The position numbers were made by a program, and so were the translations under genes. From Eledone cirrhosa (Eukaryota), in assembly GCA_964016885.1 (NCBI GenBank), contig OZ024754.1:28768001-28832000 (forward strand): DNA of 64,000 nt, in the 5' to 3' direction. The notes beneath the pieces are model-generated. The model was given only the letters and a program-made list of their open reading frames with translations. It did not search any database and had not been told where the DNA came from. Shown here piece after piece: positions 13,045-27,357 of the stretch; the stretch's first letter is position 1; the number at the start of each line of letters is the position of its first letter.

Positions 13045-13388
13045 ATCATCATCATCATCATTGCATTTTACGTCCGCTTTTCCCTGCTTGCAAGGGTGGG
13101 ACGGGAACTGATGCTGGCTTGATTTCTACAGCTGGATGCCCTTCCTAACACCAACCTCATTTACAGTGAGTGCTGGGTACTTTTTTGCCGTGGCACCTCC
13201 ACGACCACTTTGCAGGGAAATGATAGAAACCCCAGTCCCTATCATCTCATTTCTACAGCTGAGTAAACTGGAGCAATGTGAAATGAAGTGTCTTGCTCAA
13301 GGAAACAACACATCACCTGGTCTGAGAATTGAACTCACAACCTTTCGATTGCAAGGCCAATGCTCTAACCACTAAGCCATGTGCCTCC
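13045..13388 (-). mobile_element. tRNA-derived SINE (CORE/V-like + Meta-like domains, RTE 3' tail)
   Basis: Minus: ggaggcacatggcttagtggttagagc (A box)...gagttcaattc (B box)...ccttgagcaagacactt...aggaagggcatccagctgtagaaa...cccgtcccacccttgcaagcagggaaaagcggacgtaaaa(tga)n. Confidence 0.9.
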
Positions 13389-13772
13389 ATATAGATATAT
13401 ATATAAATATATATATCTGTTTATCTCTCTCTCTCCCTTCCTCCCTCCCTCTATCTGTCTATGTATCTCCCTCCATCCCTCCCTCTATCTTTATCTATCT
13501 GTCTATGTATCTTTCTAGATAGAAAGATATATAGAGAGGTAGATAGGTGGCTGCATAGACCTCTTATCCTCTCCATCTGCCTGTTGGTTCATTGTTAGAC
13601 ATTCTGTATAGAACGAACTCATCTTTCAGCATTTAAATTAATTGGTGCACTCCTTGCTAGCAGGAAAGATGGCTGTTAAATGATGATGATGATGTTTATG
13701 GTTGAAACACAAAGCAAACAAAAAAAAACTTCAGTTAATCTCCGTTTCTTGAGCAGTATGTGTATTGCCATG

Positions 13773-13806
<34 letters not shown>

Positions 13807-13876
13807 ACAGCCATTGACCAATGTGTATAGTCATGTATATATATATATATACATTCATTCACCAATGTGTATAGTC

Positions 13877-13910
<34 letters not shown>

Positions 13911-13970
13911 TAATTCAATAAAGTTTATAGCAATATGTGTGTATATACTTCTACTCACCAATGTGTATAG

Positions 13971-14308
13971 TCATCATCATCATCATTTTACGTCCGCTTT
14001 TCCCTGCTTGCAAGGGTGGGACGGGAACTGATTCTGGCTTGATTTCTACAGCTGGATGCCCTTCCTAACACCAACCTCATTTACAGTGAGTGCTGGGTGC
14101 TTTTTTTCCGTGGCACCTCCACGACCACTTTGCAGTGGAATGATAGGAACCCCAGTCCCTATCACCTCATTTCTACAGCTGAGTAAACTGGAGCAATGTG
14201 AAATAAAGAGTCTTGCTCAAGGAAACAACACATCACCCGGTCTGAGAATTGAACTCACAACCTTTCGATTGCAAGGCCAATGCTCTAACCACTAAGCCAT
14301 GTACCTCC
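13971..14308 (-). mobile_element. tRNA-derived SINE, same family as 13045-13388
   Basis: Near-identical over ~340 bp. Confidence 0.9.
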
Positions 14309-14329
14309 ATATGGAGGCACATGTATATA

Positions 14330-14566
14330 TATATGTATATACATTCATTCACTAAAGTTTATAGCCATATGTGTGTATATACTTCCACTCACCAATGTGT
14401 ATAGTCATGTATGTATACATATATATACATTCATTCACTAAAGTTTATAGCCATATGTGTGTATATATTTCCACTCACCAATGTGTATAGTCATGTATAT
14501 ATATATGTATATACATTCATTCACTAAAGTTTATAGCCATATGTGTGTATATACTTCCACTCACCA

Positions 14567-14602
<36 letters not shown>

Positions 14603-14910
14603 TCATTCCTTCACTAAAGTTTATAGCCATATGTGTATATATACTTCCACTCACCAATGTGTACTGTTATGCATATACATATATACAGTCATTCACTAAT
14701 GTGTATGTAGTCATGTGTATATATATACATTCATTCATCAGTGTGTGGTCATGTATATATATTTATTCACTAATATGTGGTCATGTATCTATGTATGTAT
14801 ATATATTTATTTATTCACCAATGTGTATATGGTCATGAATATATACACAGCCATTCAGCAATGTGGGTCTTCATGTGTATACATACATACATTCATCAAT
14901 GAGTGTGGTC

Positions 14911-14966
<56 letters not shown>

Positions 14967-15008
14967 TCACCAATATGTGTAGTTGTGTGAATGTGTCTCC
15001 ATTTACCA

Positions 15009-15044
<36 letters not shown>

Positions 15045-15290
15045 ATGTACATCCAATCACCAATGTGTGGGTGTTCATGAGTATATATATTTATTCACTA
15101 ATGTGTGTGACTTTATCTGTGTGTGTGGATGTTGTGTGTACCTTCGTTCACCAATGTGAATGTGTGTGGTCTGTGTATGCATATACACCCATTCACCAAT
15201 GTGTATGTGTGTCTATGTTTGCATATGTACCTTCATTCACCAATGTATGTGTGTATGTACCTTCATTTACCAATATGTGTGGCCATGTGT
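14330..15290. repeat. Degenerate minisatellite (cattcaccaatgtg / cactaaagtttatagcc units)
   Basis: Repeated units start near 13810, are interrupted by the SINE at 13971, and decay rightwards. Confidence 0.75.
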
Positions 15291-16569
15291 ATATGTAATC
15301 AGGCCACCATCTTGAGCTACTGGACAAAGGAAGCAATTCACATATTTTCCTTTCACTATTTTTTTTATTGTGCAGCATATATTAGAAAATGATGATGATA
15401 ATGGCATTGCTGCAACAATGTTGTTATTTGTGCTCCTCATACAGTGATATTACTACTTCTATTTTACTCCAAAATGCTGATTGCTTCTTTTATAAAAGCC
15501 ATGAGATTAAGTGGTTCCCACCAACGGCAGAAACCACTGTTATGTAGCAAGTTTCACTGGTGTCTCCCACTATGCTCTAATAACTTATTTCTCCCAGCTT
15601 TTGAAAACACTAATTCTTGCATAGTTAATATCACTTCTCTTTGGCACTCCATACACCAGAGCCTTCAAGAGAAATCTTGCAAGGCAGTACAAGACCCCTT
15701 TGGGGTCTGAAGCAGGCAACGATTTTTCTCAAAATGGATGTTGCATGTTTGCTATGGGGCCTTCTTATCCCTTGGGCTCCCGAAACAAAATATCAGCTAG
15801 ACACACACACACTCCTCTCATAGGCCGTTGCATACACTAATATGTGTAATTCATTCCCACCCAGCTTTGACACCACTTGTAGCTGAAGGGTTAAGACGTC
15901 CACTTTCATGAGATCCTGACTTTCACCCCACTGTGTATCATTTTGAGCAAGTGTCATTTCTTTACCATAGCCTTTGGTCAGAGTAAGCCTTGTGAGTGAA
16001 ATTGGTTTGAAAGGACTTGTGTGGAAACTTGTCACCAGATGGGTTGTACCTACAATCCAATGGTTGAACCAGCCAGATAATTATATTGAAGATACACATG
16101 TCTGTGGAATACTATTGGACCTGCAGTTGAAAGATTCAACTTTGTCAGGCTGGTTCTCCCTGAGAATTACATCAAAGATATATATATATATGTGTCTGTG
16201 GAATACTCAACCACTTACACTAAAGTACAAGATGGATTAGACTTGCAATTGAAAGGTTCAGTTTTATCACGTGTTGTATCAGGCTGGTTCTACCTGCGAA
16301 TTACATCAAGGGTTTATATTTGTCTGTGGAATATTCAGTCACTTACACAATAATTGAAGATGGATAATACATGTAATTCATAGATTGAGCCTTGTCAAAC
16401 ATTCTATCAAGGGCAGACATGACTATGGATTACTCAACCACTGACATGTTAATTCACTAATCAGGCATTGGATTGATTGAACAACTGAATGCTCATTGTG
16501 AAAACTGACGGAGGATCTATTATCAGCTTGCATACATTCATTTCTTCCAGATACAGAGACACTAGCATC

Positions 16570-16782
16570 ACCCTTTAGCATTTAAACCAGCCATATCCGT
16601 CCAGAATTCTCTCACTACTTTTCTTTTCAAACCAGCCATAACCGACCATTCATACCAATGTTAAAGTATTATTTTCAAAATAAATAATATCAGAATATCA
16701 TAGATTTTATATTATGTGAGATAAAGTGTTTACTGTGAAAATATAATAGTATATATAGAGTAATGTAAATGCTAAAGGTTTA
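16570..16782. mobile_element. piggyBac-like MITE (family of 40553-40772)
   Basis: accctttagcatttaaa ... taaatgctaaaggttt; internal sequence shared with 21635-21790, 40553-40772 and 54615-54815. Confidence 0.65.
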
Positions 16783-16911
16783 ATGTGAATATAATAAAAT
16801 GTATTTTATTTCATCAACCCCAGAAGTATGAAAGGCAACATTGACCTTCAGACTCCAATATAGCAGAACCGAACCCAATACTACATGGTTGTGAAGCAAA
16901 GTTCTTAATTT

Positions 16912-18641
16912 CACAGCTGAACTCCTTGACTACACAGCCGAACTCTTTAACTACACAGCCAAACTCTTTAACTACACGGCCAAACTCTTTAACTACACAG
17001 CCAAACTCTTTAACTACACAGCCAAACTCTTTAACTACACAGCCAAACTCTTTAACTACACAGCCAAACTCTTTAACTACACAGCCAAACTCTTTAACTA
17101 CACAGCCAAACTCTTTAACTACACAGCCAAACTCTTTAACTACACAGCCAAACTCTTTAACTACACAGCCAAACTCTTTAACTACACAGCTGAACTCTTT
17201 AACTACACAGCCAAACTCTTTAACTACACAGCTGAACTCTTTAACTACACAGCCAAACTCTTTAACTACACAGCTGAACTCTTTAACTACACAGCCAAAC
17301 TCTTTAACTACACAGCCAAACTCTTTAACTACACAGCCAAACTCTTTAACTACACAGCTGAACTCCTTGACTACACAGCCGAACTCTTTAACTACACAGC
17401 CAAACTCTTTAACTACACAGCTGAACTCTTTAACTACACAGTCAAACTCTTTAACTACACAGCTGAACTCTTTAACTACACAGCTGAACTCTTTAACTAC
17501 ATAGCTGAACTCTTTAACTACACAGCTGAACTCTTTAACTACACAGCTGAACTCTTTAACTACACAGCTGAACTCTTTAACTACACAGCTGAACTCTTTG
17601 ACTACACAGCCGAACTCTTTAACTACACAGCTGAACTCTTTAACTATACAGCTGAACTCTTTAACTACACAGCCAAACTCTTTAACTACACAGCCAAACT
17701 CTTTAACTACACAGCTGAACTCTTTAACTACACAGCCAAACTCTTTAACTACACAGCCAAACTCTTTAACTACACAGCTGAACTCTTTAACTACACAGCC
17801 AAACTCTTTAACTACACAGCTGAACTCTTTAACTACACAGCCAAACTCTTTAACTACACAGCCAAACTCTTTAACTACACAGCCAAACTCTTTAACTACA
17901 CAGCTGAACTCTTTAACTACACAGCTGAACTCTTTAACTACACAGCTGAACTCTTTAACTACACAGCCAAACTCTTTAACTACACAGCTGAACTCTTTAA
18001 CTACACAGCCAAACTCTTTAACTACACAGCCAAACTCTTTAACTACACAGCTGAACTCTTTAACTACACAGCCAAACTCTTTGACTACACAGCCAAACTC
18101 TTTAACTACACAGCCAAACTCTTTAACTACACAGCCAAACTCTTTAACTACACAGCCAAACTCTTTAACTACACAGTCAAACTCTTTAACTACACAGCCA
18201 AACTCTTTAACTACACAGCTGAACTCTTTAACTACACAGTCAAACTCTTTAACTACACAGCCAAACTCTTTAACTACACAGCTGAACTCTTTAACTACAC
18301 AGCTGAACTCTTTAACTACACAGTCAAACTTTTTAACTACACAGCCAAACTCTTTAACTACACAGCTGAACTCTTTAACTACACAGCCAAACTCTTTAAC
18401 TACACAGCCAAACTCTTTAACTACACAGCCAAACTCTTTGACTACACAGCCAAACTCTTTAACTACACAGCCAAACTCTTTAACTACACAGCCAAACTCT
18501 TTAACTACACAGCCAAACTCTTTAACTACACAGTCAAACTCTTTAACTACACAGCCAAACTCTTTAACTACACAGCCAAACTCTTTGACTACACAGCCAA
18601 ACTCCTTGACTACACAGCCAAACTCCTTGACTACACAGCCA
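16912..18641. repeat. 21-bp tandem array (actacacagc[ca/tg]aactcttta), about 82 units
   Basis: Direct 21-bp periodicity; gives the spurious TTQPNSL ORFs. Confidence 0.97.
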
Positions 18642-19286
18642 AGTGTGTATGTATTTGTAATTGTTTATTTTGGGGGATTCTCAAGATTTAAAGCTATAAT
18701 TTCAATTTGACTGAAATGAAAATATTTAGCAATTTAGTTTTGATTTATGATTTTTTAAAGTATCCTCAAATTTCTCGTTACTGTCATTAATACTTCTTGT
18801 CATCTCTGCTTATATTTCTACTCTTAATGGAATTGGTATTTTCTGCTGTGTCATTGTAGCCATAATGAAGGTTGTGAAAATTTGATTCATTACATCTGGC
18901 CACTCTATTAGACTCTGTAGAAAATAGTTTGACCATAAATCATACAATACCAAGTGTTCATGTTCCAACATATAGGGCCCATTCAGAAGTGACCAGTTAT
19001 AACTTCTACACTCACATATATCAAGATTGTCCATTAAACACACATTTTTACATACACACACACACAGCAAGATTGTTCACTCCACATCTATAAGTTCATA
19101 CATACATTAAAAAAACAAAACAAAGAAAAATAATACCACTTTCTCAGGAATGGTAATTTCTGTGGAGGTGATGGAAAACAATCAATATTTAACTATTTAT
19201 CCTGACATAAATCTTAAGAGTATATTTACATGTAAATCATCCCCATCGCTATTATCACTATCATTGTTATTATCATCATTATCATC

Positions 19287-19317
<31 letters not shown>

Positions 19318-19714
19318 CCACCACCATCATCATCATCACCACCACCATCATCATCACCACCACTATCATCATCATCAGCACCACCGCCATCACCATCATC
19401 ATCACCATTACCGTTTGACTATAGTAGCAGTTGACCGCAATCTGTCTCTATGCATTGTAGCTTACATAATCACTTCTGTTCGTTCTGTTGTCAGGTGATC
19501 TCTAGGTGGAATTTGAACTTAGAATGCTCAAGCCCAAATACAGAGGCAATATCTCTCTCTTTCACACAGGCTCATACATACACACTTTAACTTTCACATT
19601 CATGCACGCATGCACACTCTATCTCACTTTCTTCCCTCCACCCTATCTCATTTTCGTATGTACACTCTCTCTTTCATACCATTGTAAATGTATATTTAAC
19701 CGTTCACACACATA

Positions 19715-20048
19715 AATGGCAAAGAACCCCTTTGGTCACGAATGACCGTGAGATTTGCACCTAGAAAGTTCCCCTCCAGAAGTTTGGGCAAGTTTGTTTG
19801 TGGAAGACCAGTAGTCGCCCATACATACCAGTCTCCCCTCCCCACACCATCGATGTTGTCCAATGGAAAGGCAAAGACCAATACAGCTTGGCACCAGTAA
19901 TATCGCAACTCATTTCTACAGCTGAGTGAACTGGAGCAATGTTAAATAAAGTGTCTTGCTCAAGAACACAATGCAAAGCCTGCTCCGAGAATCACTCATG
20001 ACCTCACTGTTGTAAGCCCAATGCTCAAACATTAAACCATGTGCCTTC
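19715..20048 (-). mobile_element. Degenerate tRNA-derived SINE (related subfamily)
   Basis: Shares catttctacagctgagtgaactggagcaatg...gtgtcttgctcaag and the head with the 13045 family but has a different 3' half. Confidence 0.7.
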
Positions 20049-20244
20049 ACTTCATATACATACACACGTTAATATTTACACACATACACACCACTCTTTT
20101 TTTTTCTCTCTCCTACTTATATGCACATACACACACATAATATTTCTCCTTCCTACCATTACACATACAAACTTCACCTTTTACATACATGCATATGCAC
20201 ATACAACTTACCTTTCACACACACACAATCTCTCCCCTACATCT

Positions 20245-20885
20245 TAGTCTTAGATTCTTCCGCGCCGTTCGGCGCATCGAGCAGTAGGTGCTCACCAATG
20301 GTCACGATCAGTGGCAACTGTTTCGAGGCCGTGCCAGGTGATGTTGGCTGCCATCAGGTTCTTCCGGAACGTTCGTTGCCAGGTGATCCTTGGGCAACCC
20401 CGCCTCCGTTTACCGCCAGGCGGAGTCCAGTTCGTCGCTGTTTTTGAATGCCGTTCATTTGGCAGATGCAGAATATGGCGGCCAGCCAGACGGCACCGAT
20501 GCTCCGTGACCACTCTCTGTAGCATCCACGACTCGGCTCTCTGCAGGATCTCCTCGTTTCGCACTCGGTTGCACCAGGACACACAAAGGATCTTTCACAG
20601 GCACCGCTGGTGGAAAGCGTTCAGCCATCTCTCTATTTTTGCCGTACTCTTCCAGGTCTCGCGCGCATAAAGCACTGTCGGCAGCACGATGCTCTTGTAC
20701 AGGCGGAGCTTGGTCTTGGTGCTAATGCATGAAGACGACCAGACTGGGCACAACCGCTGGAAAACTGCAGCTCCTTTGCCGATCCGACAGTTGATGTCGA
20801 GCTCCGCGTTGCCGCTGCTTGTCAGGATGCTGCCCAGATAGGTAAAGTGATCGACTTCCTCGAGGTCCTGTTGGTTGACTCTGAT
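20245..20885 (-). mobile_element. RTE-clade LINE 3' fragment, frameshifted
   Basis: LEEVDHFTYLGSIL...DINCRIGK...KTKLRLYKSIVLPTVLY-ETW and GKRRRGCPRITW across frames. Confidence 0.85.
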
Positions 20886-23267
20886 CAATACATGCACACT
20901 GTCTCTTTCGCCTTCTCTCTCCTACACATATGCACACACACACACACACATAATCTTTCTCTTTCATACCATTACACACACACACTGACAATTACATGCA
21001 CAATCCTATTTATACATACACAGAACACCATTTTGTATCTTTGGTGCCACAAATGTGTCACATGGTCATCATAGTACTGCCCTTGGGTCTCCTTCACTTA
21101 TATCCTTAAGTGCTTCAATAAGATTTCTCAATAGCATGTTTAGATTCTTATTTGGCATACTGTTGTTCTCTTAAAGAGTTTCTCTTTTGTAAGAATTCTT
21201 CAAAGAATTTACCAAATTAATTTGGCATGAATAATTCATTTGAACATCTCATGTCTACTTCTGTTTAATGGTAACTATTGAAGATTTTAGAAACTGGGAC
21301 TTAAGAACTTTCTAGGGAAATATTTAGCCACTCCAGGCAACATTAAAGCCTCCTATTTGCGAGCAGCTGGCCTGCTAGAAATAGTAGTCAAATCTCCCTC
21401 AAATCACACATCCTATTGCAGTATCCAAGCTCTTCAGATTGGCAACACACTTTTTTAAAATAATTTTTTACATGACAAATTGACAAACTTAATCAATAAA
21501 CAATTAAATCTTAATTACATAACACTTATCAATATTTTTAGTTTATTTTTTCAGATGTCAAATATACTTTACAGTCAGGTGTTTTTAAAAATTGATAAAA
21601 TCTGAATTACAATTACAACGCACCTAGAGATTATCAGCATTTAAACCAGCCAAATATGGTCAGAATTCTCTCACTTCTTTCTGTTCAAACTGGCCATAAC
21701 TGACAGCTTATATTGACATTGAGGTATTGTTCTCAAAATAAATAACATCAAAAACTCATAGATTCGATATTATGTGAGATAATTATATAAGATAAAGACA
21801 AAAATTTACTAAATTCATTACTAAGATAGTAACAAAATATATAGGTTTTACATGAAGTTATGTTAGATTTTAATTTAAATAGGAACCTTTAAAATAAAAC
21901 ACAACAATATTTACTCCCTCACTTCCAATAATAAATATATAACAGCTGAGGGCTGTTTATTGATAGAACACAAGGTGCCTTGTGGGATGAGATCTGCTAA
22001 TTTTGCATTTTGATGACAACACTGCCAATAGCACTGGTGCAAAGTTGTTTAGTCCCAGGCCTGTTCAATCAGATGTGACCGGAGTTTAAACAACCAATGA
22101 TAAAAAAAAAGGAAAATAAAGAAGAAAAAACACAGAAATCCTATGGCGAATTTGAGATTTTTGTTTGAGATATTACTAAATTTCTCCAAATTCTTGATTA
22201 TTTAAAAAAAAACTACTTGAAAATAGGAGGCAGAGCTTTTCATTATAAATATATTAATGAAAGGGTTAAAGTATTTATATTTAATCTAAAGATTTTCCAA
22301 CATAATGTGTAAGAATTTTTGTTATGTTCCAAACACTAGCTTAATAATATTTCCCAATTCTGAATCATTTTGAAAAGGAATTAAAACATATAGATAGTAT
22401 CTTTCATGCAAAATATTGTAACAAAAGGGTTCATCTTGGTATCTTTTTGTCACTTGTTCCACTTTTCAATCTCCTTCAACACAGAAAAATAAATTTCCGT
22501 GCTTCACTTGAAATTGTGAATCTTAACCAAAACATTTCTCTAAGATCTTTAAAAGAGATTTTCAGCAAGTTCTTTTACTGAGATGGAATATTGAGTTAAA
22601 TCTTTAAAAAATATAAAAGAGTGTGCTGTCTTTTCAAATGAAGCAAGAATTATTTTTTCTTTGTGTACATATTTTTTTTGTTTTGTTTTTTACACATTTT
22701 GAAGTTATTGGGTTATCTGCCACTTTGTGCTATTTTTTAAATTATTATTTTTTTTACAATGTGTAGTTATTTGGAAATTTTCTGTTAAACGATGCACATT
22801 GATGCATCGTTAACATGTGCACTTCATTTGTGCGTTAGCTTTAAAATGAATCATCTTCAGTAGATGAATATACTGTCTGAAGTGAAGGGGTATTTAAAAC
22901 TCTTTTGATATCAAACCTGCCATGATATTCTTCTTGGTTTTTCAATAAAAACACAACTTGTTGTTTTAAAGTGTTTATCTATATTACTATAAAACCTTTC
23001 ATCATTATTTTACAAAATAACTGATAAGCCTCCATCCTTGGGAGTGACTACAACAATTTTTTCCTTTTTAATAAAGCTAGGCAAAATCCATCGACCTTAT
23101 TTATCCCTCCAATAAAATAAACCTTTGCCATACTTCGTCATCATTTTACATCTGTTTTCCATGCTGGCATGTTTTGGATGAGTCATCACACAGTGAGACT
23201 GAACATAAAACCATATAAGAGTGAAGTAAACACTTTAACTCCAGAGCCACGTCTGCACTTAGGACAT

Positions 23268-23445
23268 GTATCATCATCATAGTTTTTGCATCAATTTTTC
23301 CATGCTTGCATGGGTTGGATGGGTTCTTTTCAGCACAGCATCTCTCCACTCACAGCGCTTCTTTGTCATCTCCTCTGTGAGTCTCAGTGATTTAAGATCA
23401 TCTCTCTCCACCTCTTCCCAGGTCTTCCTTGGTCTACATCTATTG
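23268..23445 (-). mobile_element. RTE LINE extreme 3' fragment
   Basis: Homologous to 25965-26150 (cagcacagcatctctccactc...gatttaagatc). Confidence 0.7.
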
Positions 23446-24403
23446 TATCATTTTACATAATGTTTTCTGTAATCTATCACAGGTTATATCTTATGGAATA
23501 CCGGGATATATATATGTTAATATATGATTTCCTTGAGAGTGAAACGGTTCTAGTCCTGTAGAAGCCATTTCTATATTAAATTTGTTGTTTACACTCTACT
23601 AATATATTGAGTACCATACTTGCTGTGGTACCTCCGATTGGACCCAGATCTCACACTCAAACACGCACGATCAATTTAATGAAGGATTTCTAGATATATC
23701 TTTTTCATAGGAGGTTTGATTAAATATTCTTTTGAAGATTATTTGAATGTTGAACTAAGACTATATGTTTGTATTTTATTGAAGAAGATTCATTTATGAA
23801 TATATATACATTTTCATATAGACATATCCATAGAGACATATACAGGTTTTTATACAACCATATACACATATCCATAGAGACATATGCTGGTTTTCATACA
23901 AACATATATGCATTTTCACAAAGACATACCCAGGTTCTTATGCAAGCATATACATATGCACATTTTTATGCATTATTACTACACACACATATATATGTAT
24001 ATATATCATCTTCATCATTCATTGTTGTTTTGATATCTGCTTTCCTGGCTCGCAAGGGTACACACACACATATAGACACACACAGAGACACTCACATACA
24101 CTCACACACACATGTATATAACTCCCCACCGCCACTCTAAATATCAACATAAAACCATACAGAAATGTTTCAGTTTCTATGAAATAAATCTTTATATTTA
24201 GATATATATTATATTATCTGAGGAAAATATATTTAGTTCAGTACCTGTGTTGAATCCATTATAAACCAATAAATAATAAAATTGTTCCCTAGGATTTTAT
24301 AGAGGTTTTTTTCTATTACTTCATTACTTTTATTTATCCCAGGTATATGTAAAGAGAAATATCTTCTGTAGTTGATATATCTCCATTGTAAAGAACCCAA
24401 TAT

Positions 24404-24451
<48 letters not shown>

Positions 24452-25099
24452 GTACATACACACACATACATACACACATACACACACATATATATCTATT
24501 ACATCACCATTTAAAAATGGACGTTAAATGGTGATGACGATGGTGATGAAACATATACACACACACAAATATATATGTTTTATATATGCATATTTTGTTT
24601 TTGTATTTGCCTTGCAAGATTCTTTATTTGATATCATATGTTGAAACAGATATTGTTATACTTTGGGAGGTATATGTTGCCAAAAAAAGCAGGCACACGG
24701 TTTGAGTTTCACCTCAGTTTGTTACTACATGAGTAACTAATCCATTCATTGGTTAGTTTATTAACCTGGTGGCTGTTTAATTATTATTTGTCAGAGACAT
24801 CTTACTTCCTGTCACTTTCTCAGTAACTATAGTTACTCCTCTCTGTCTCTTCTTTGTTCTGAACTTGTTCTTTCAAATCCGTGACACAGTCAAATTAAAA
24901 TATTGTCCACATGTCTGGTGAACAGATCAATACTAGAGTCAGATCTATAGTATTGATAAAGACCTGGAAACAATAATCTTTGAAACTTAGCTAACATTTG
25001 ATATATAATAAAAATATTTTAATTTGAAACTTCATTACCTTGTACATACACACACACTCGCATACTTATATATATATATATATATATAAATATAATCAG

Positions 25100-25350
25100 C
25101 ATCATCATCACCATTTTAAGTCCGTTCTTCCACGCTAGCATGGGTTAGACGGGTTGTCCTGTTGTGGGCAGTGTCCGGTCGGCTGACCTTGTCTTGCTCA
25201 TACGGGAACCGATTCTGGCTTGATTTCTACAACTGGATGCCCTTCCTAACACCAACCTCATTTACATTGAGTGCTGGGTGCTTTTTTCCGTGGCGCCTCC
25301 ACGACCACTTTGCAGTGGGAGGGTGTGGGGGCATAGTGTCTATATGCTTC
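25100..25350 (-). mobile_element. Copy of the RTE 3' UTR / Meta-like segment
   Basis: Collinear with 28820-29132, including the gggcatagtgtctatatgcttc junction. Confidence 0.75.
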
Positions 25351-25964
25351 GGGCTCGGGAAGAGCTTCTACAGGACTAGAAATCCTTGAATCTGTTGATG
25401 GAACCCTTTCTGCTTTTGTCACCCTTATTTCAGCCTTAAAGAATTAGCTTCTAAAGAATTTCCCTTTTCTTTAAACCATTGAACCCCACCCATCCTGTAG
25501 ACACCTGTCTTACAGGCATTGTTAGTCTAAGTGATAAACTAGGATTGGTATTCCAAATTTGATTTTGTTTACAGTATTCTTTCTGCATTTGTTAATACTA
25601 TAGCTTTTAATGAACTCCCTTTTCTTTAAATCCTTCAACCAATGACCTCCACCCATCCCAATCCCTACTCTCCCCTACCACCAAAAAAGAAAAGATATAA
25701 ATACCTCTACTTACTTGGACAGCCAGCTCCCTGATTATTTCTCATGAATGAAATAGTTCTAGTCCTGTAGAAGCTCTTCTATATTAAAACTTTTATACTC
25801 TGCTATGTATTGAGTACCTTACTTACTGTGGTTACCTCCGATTCAACCGATATATATATATATCATCATCACCGTTTAACATCTATTTTGCCATACTAGC
25901 ATGGGTTACTCAATATATATATACATATATACACATACATCACATATGTACACACACACATATA

Positions 25965-26285
25965 TATCATCATCATCATCATCATTTTACGTCCGCTTTT
26001 CCCTGCTTGCAAGGGTGGGACGGGTCTTATTCAGCACAGCATCTCTCCACTCGTCACGGTCCCTCGTCATCTCCACCGTGAGCTTCAATGATTTGAGGTC
26101 TGTTCTCACCACCTCCGCCCATGTTTTTCGTGGTCTACCTCTACCACGTCTTCCTTCAACTGGCAATTCCTGGCACTTCTTCACCCATCGGTCATCCTCC
26201 ATGCGCATCACATGTCCATACCACCTCAGTCTCCTCTCCCGTACACTACATTCTATCCCTCTCAGACACAGTTTCTCTCTCAACA
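25965..26285 (-). mobile_element. RTE LINE 3' fragment with (TGA)n tail
   Basis: [27 protein letters not shown]...GRRGRGRPRKTW...TRPTLASREKRT* then aatgatgatg. Confidence 0.9.
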
Positions 26286-26329
26286 CATTTATATATACAT
26301 TTATATATGATATACATATATGTATATAT

Positions 26330-26672
26330 GGAGGCACATGGCTTATTGGTTAGAGCACTGGGCTTGCAATCGAAAGGTTGTGAGTTCAATTCTCAGACTG
26401 GGTGATGTGTTGTTTCCTTGAGCAAGACACTTTATTTCACATTGCTCCAGTTTGCTCAGCTGTAGAAATGAGATGATAGGACTTGGGTCCCTATCATTCC
26501 ACTGTAAAGTGGACGTGAAGGCGCCACGGAAAAAAAGCACGCGGCACTCACTGTAAATGAGGTTGGTGTTAGGAAGGGCATCCAGCTGCAGAAATCAAGC
26601 CAGAATCAGTTCCCGTCCCACCCTTGCAAGCAGGGAAAAGGGGACGTAAAATTATGATGATGATGATGATGA
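26330..26672 (+). mobile_element. tRNA-derived SINE (13045 family)
   Basis: ggaggcacatggcttattggttagagc ... gacgtaaaattatgatgatg. Confidence 0.9.
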
Positions 26673-27175
26673 TATATATATATATATACATACACATACA
26701 TACATATTCACTTAAAAATAATCTGAATTTAAAAAGTTTTGAGTGCATTTTTGAACAACTGAAGTAGTTCTAACATGATGTAATTATTCTAGTTTCAAAT
26801 TGAGTTACTTGCGAAACAAGATCAAATCTGAAACAGAGATCTTATATCATGATTAAAATAAAAATAAACATACTCACATACGATGATGCATTTTTTCACA
26901 TGTGGTGATGCAATTCCATAATGTAATTGCTATAATTTCAACACATATCAGATCAACTCTTTTCTTAGACAAGAACAACTCTCAAAAGATTTATTATAAT
27001 ATTATGTTTAAAATATGATTAAATGTACTTGCATATGAAGTTGCATCAATTCCAAGTATTTCCTACTTAATCTGAGATGACTGTTTCATCATATAAATTG
27101 ATTCAGTTTCAACACAATGTTTCAGATCAAGTCACTTACTAAATATGTATGGCTATGAAATGAGTTATTATTATT

Positions 27176-27357
27176 AGTATTGGTAGAGGGTCGGACGCCA
27201 TGCTTTGACGCATAGAGTTACGACCCTTGCCATTCTGACTTCAATTCCCGACGAGGTTAACTTTGCCTTTCATCCTTACGGGGTCGATAAAATAAAGTAC
27301 CAGTAATACACTGGGTAATTGCTGGCCTTGTGCCAAAAGTAGAAACAATTATTATTA
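27176..27357 (+). mobile_element. Deu/Nin-domain-like SINE
   Basis: Family match with (ATT)n tail. Confidence 0.8.

Noticed and set aside
13310-13388. tRNA gene (GCA anticodon-like), also in four other copies
   Set aside because: Continues into SINE body and RTE tail; acceptor stem not formed
16926-18710. Repetitive TTQPNSL protein ORFs
   Set aside because: Result of a 21-bp unit lacking stops in one frame; TTG starts, internal stop, SINE-derived flanks
23540-23660. Repeat shared with 25745-25850 as a complete ribozyme
   Set aside because: Only a GAAA...GTC-like half is visible; kept only as evidence for the TACTC hairpin
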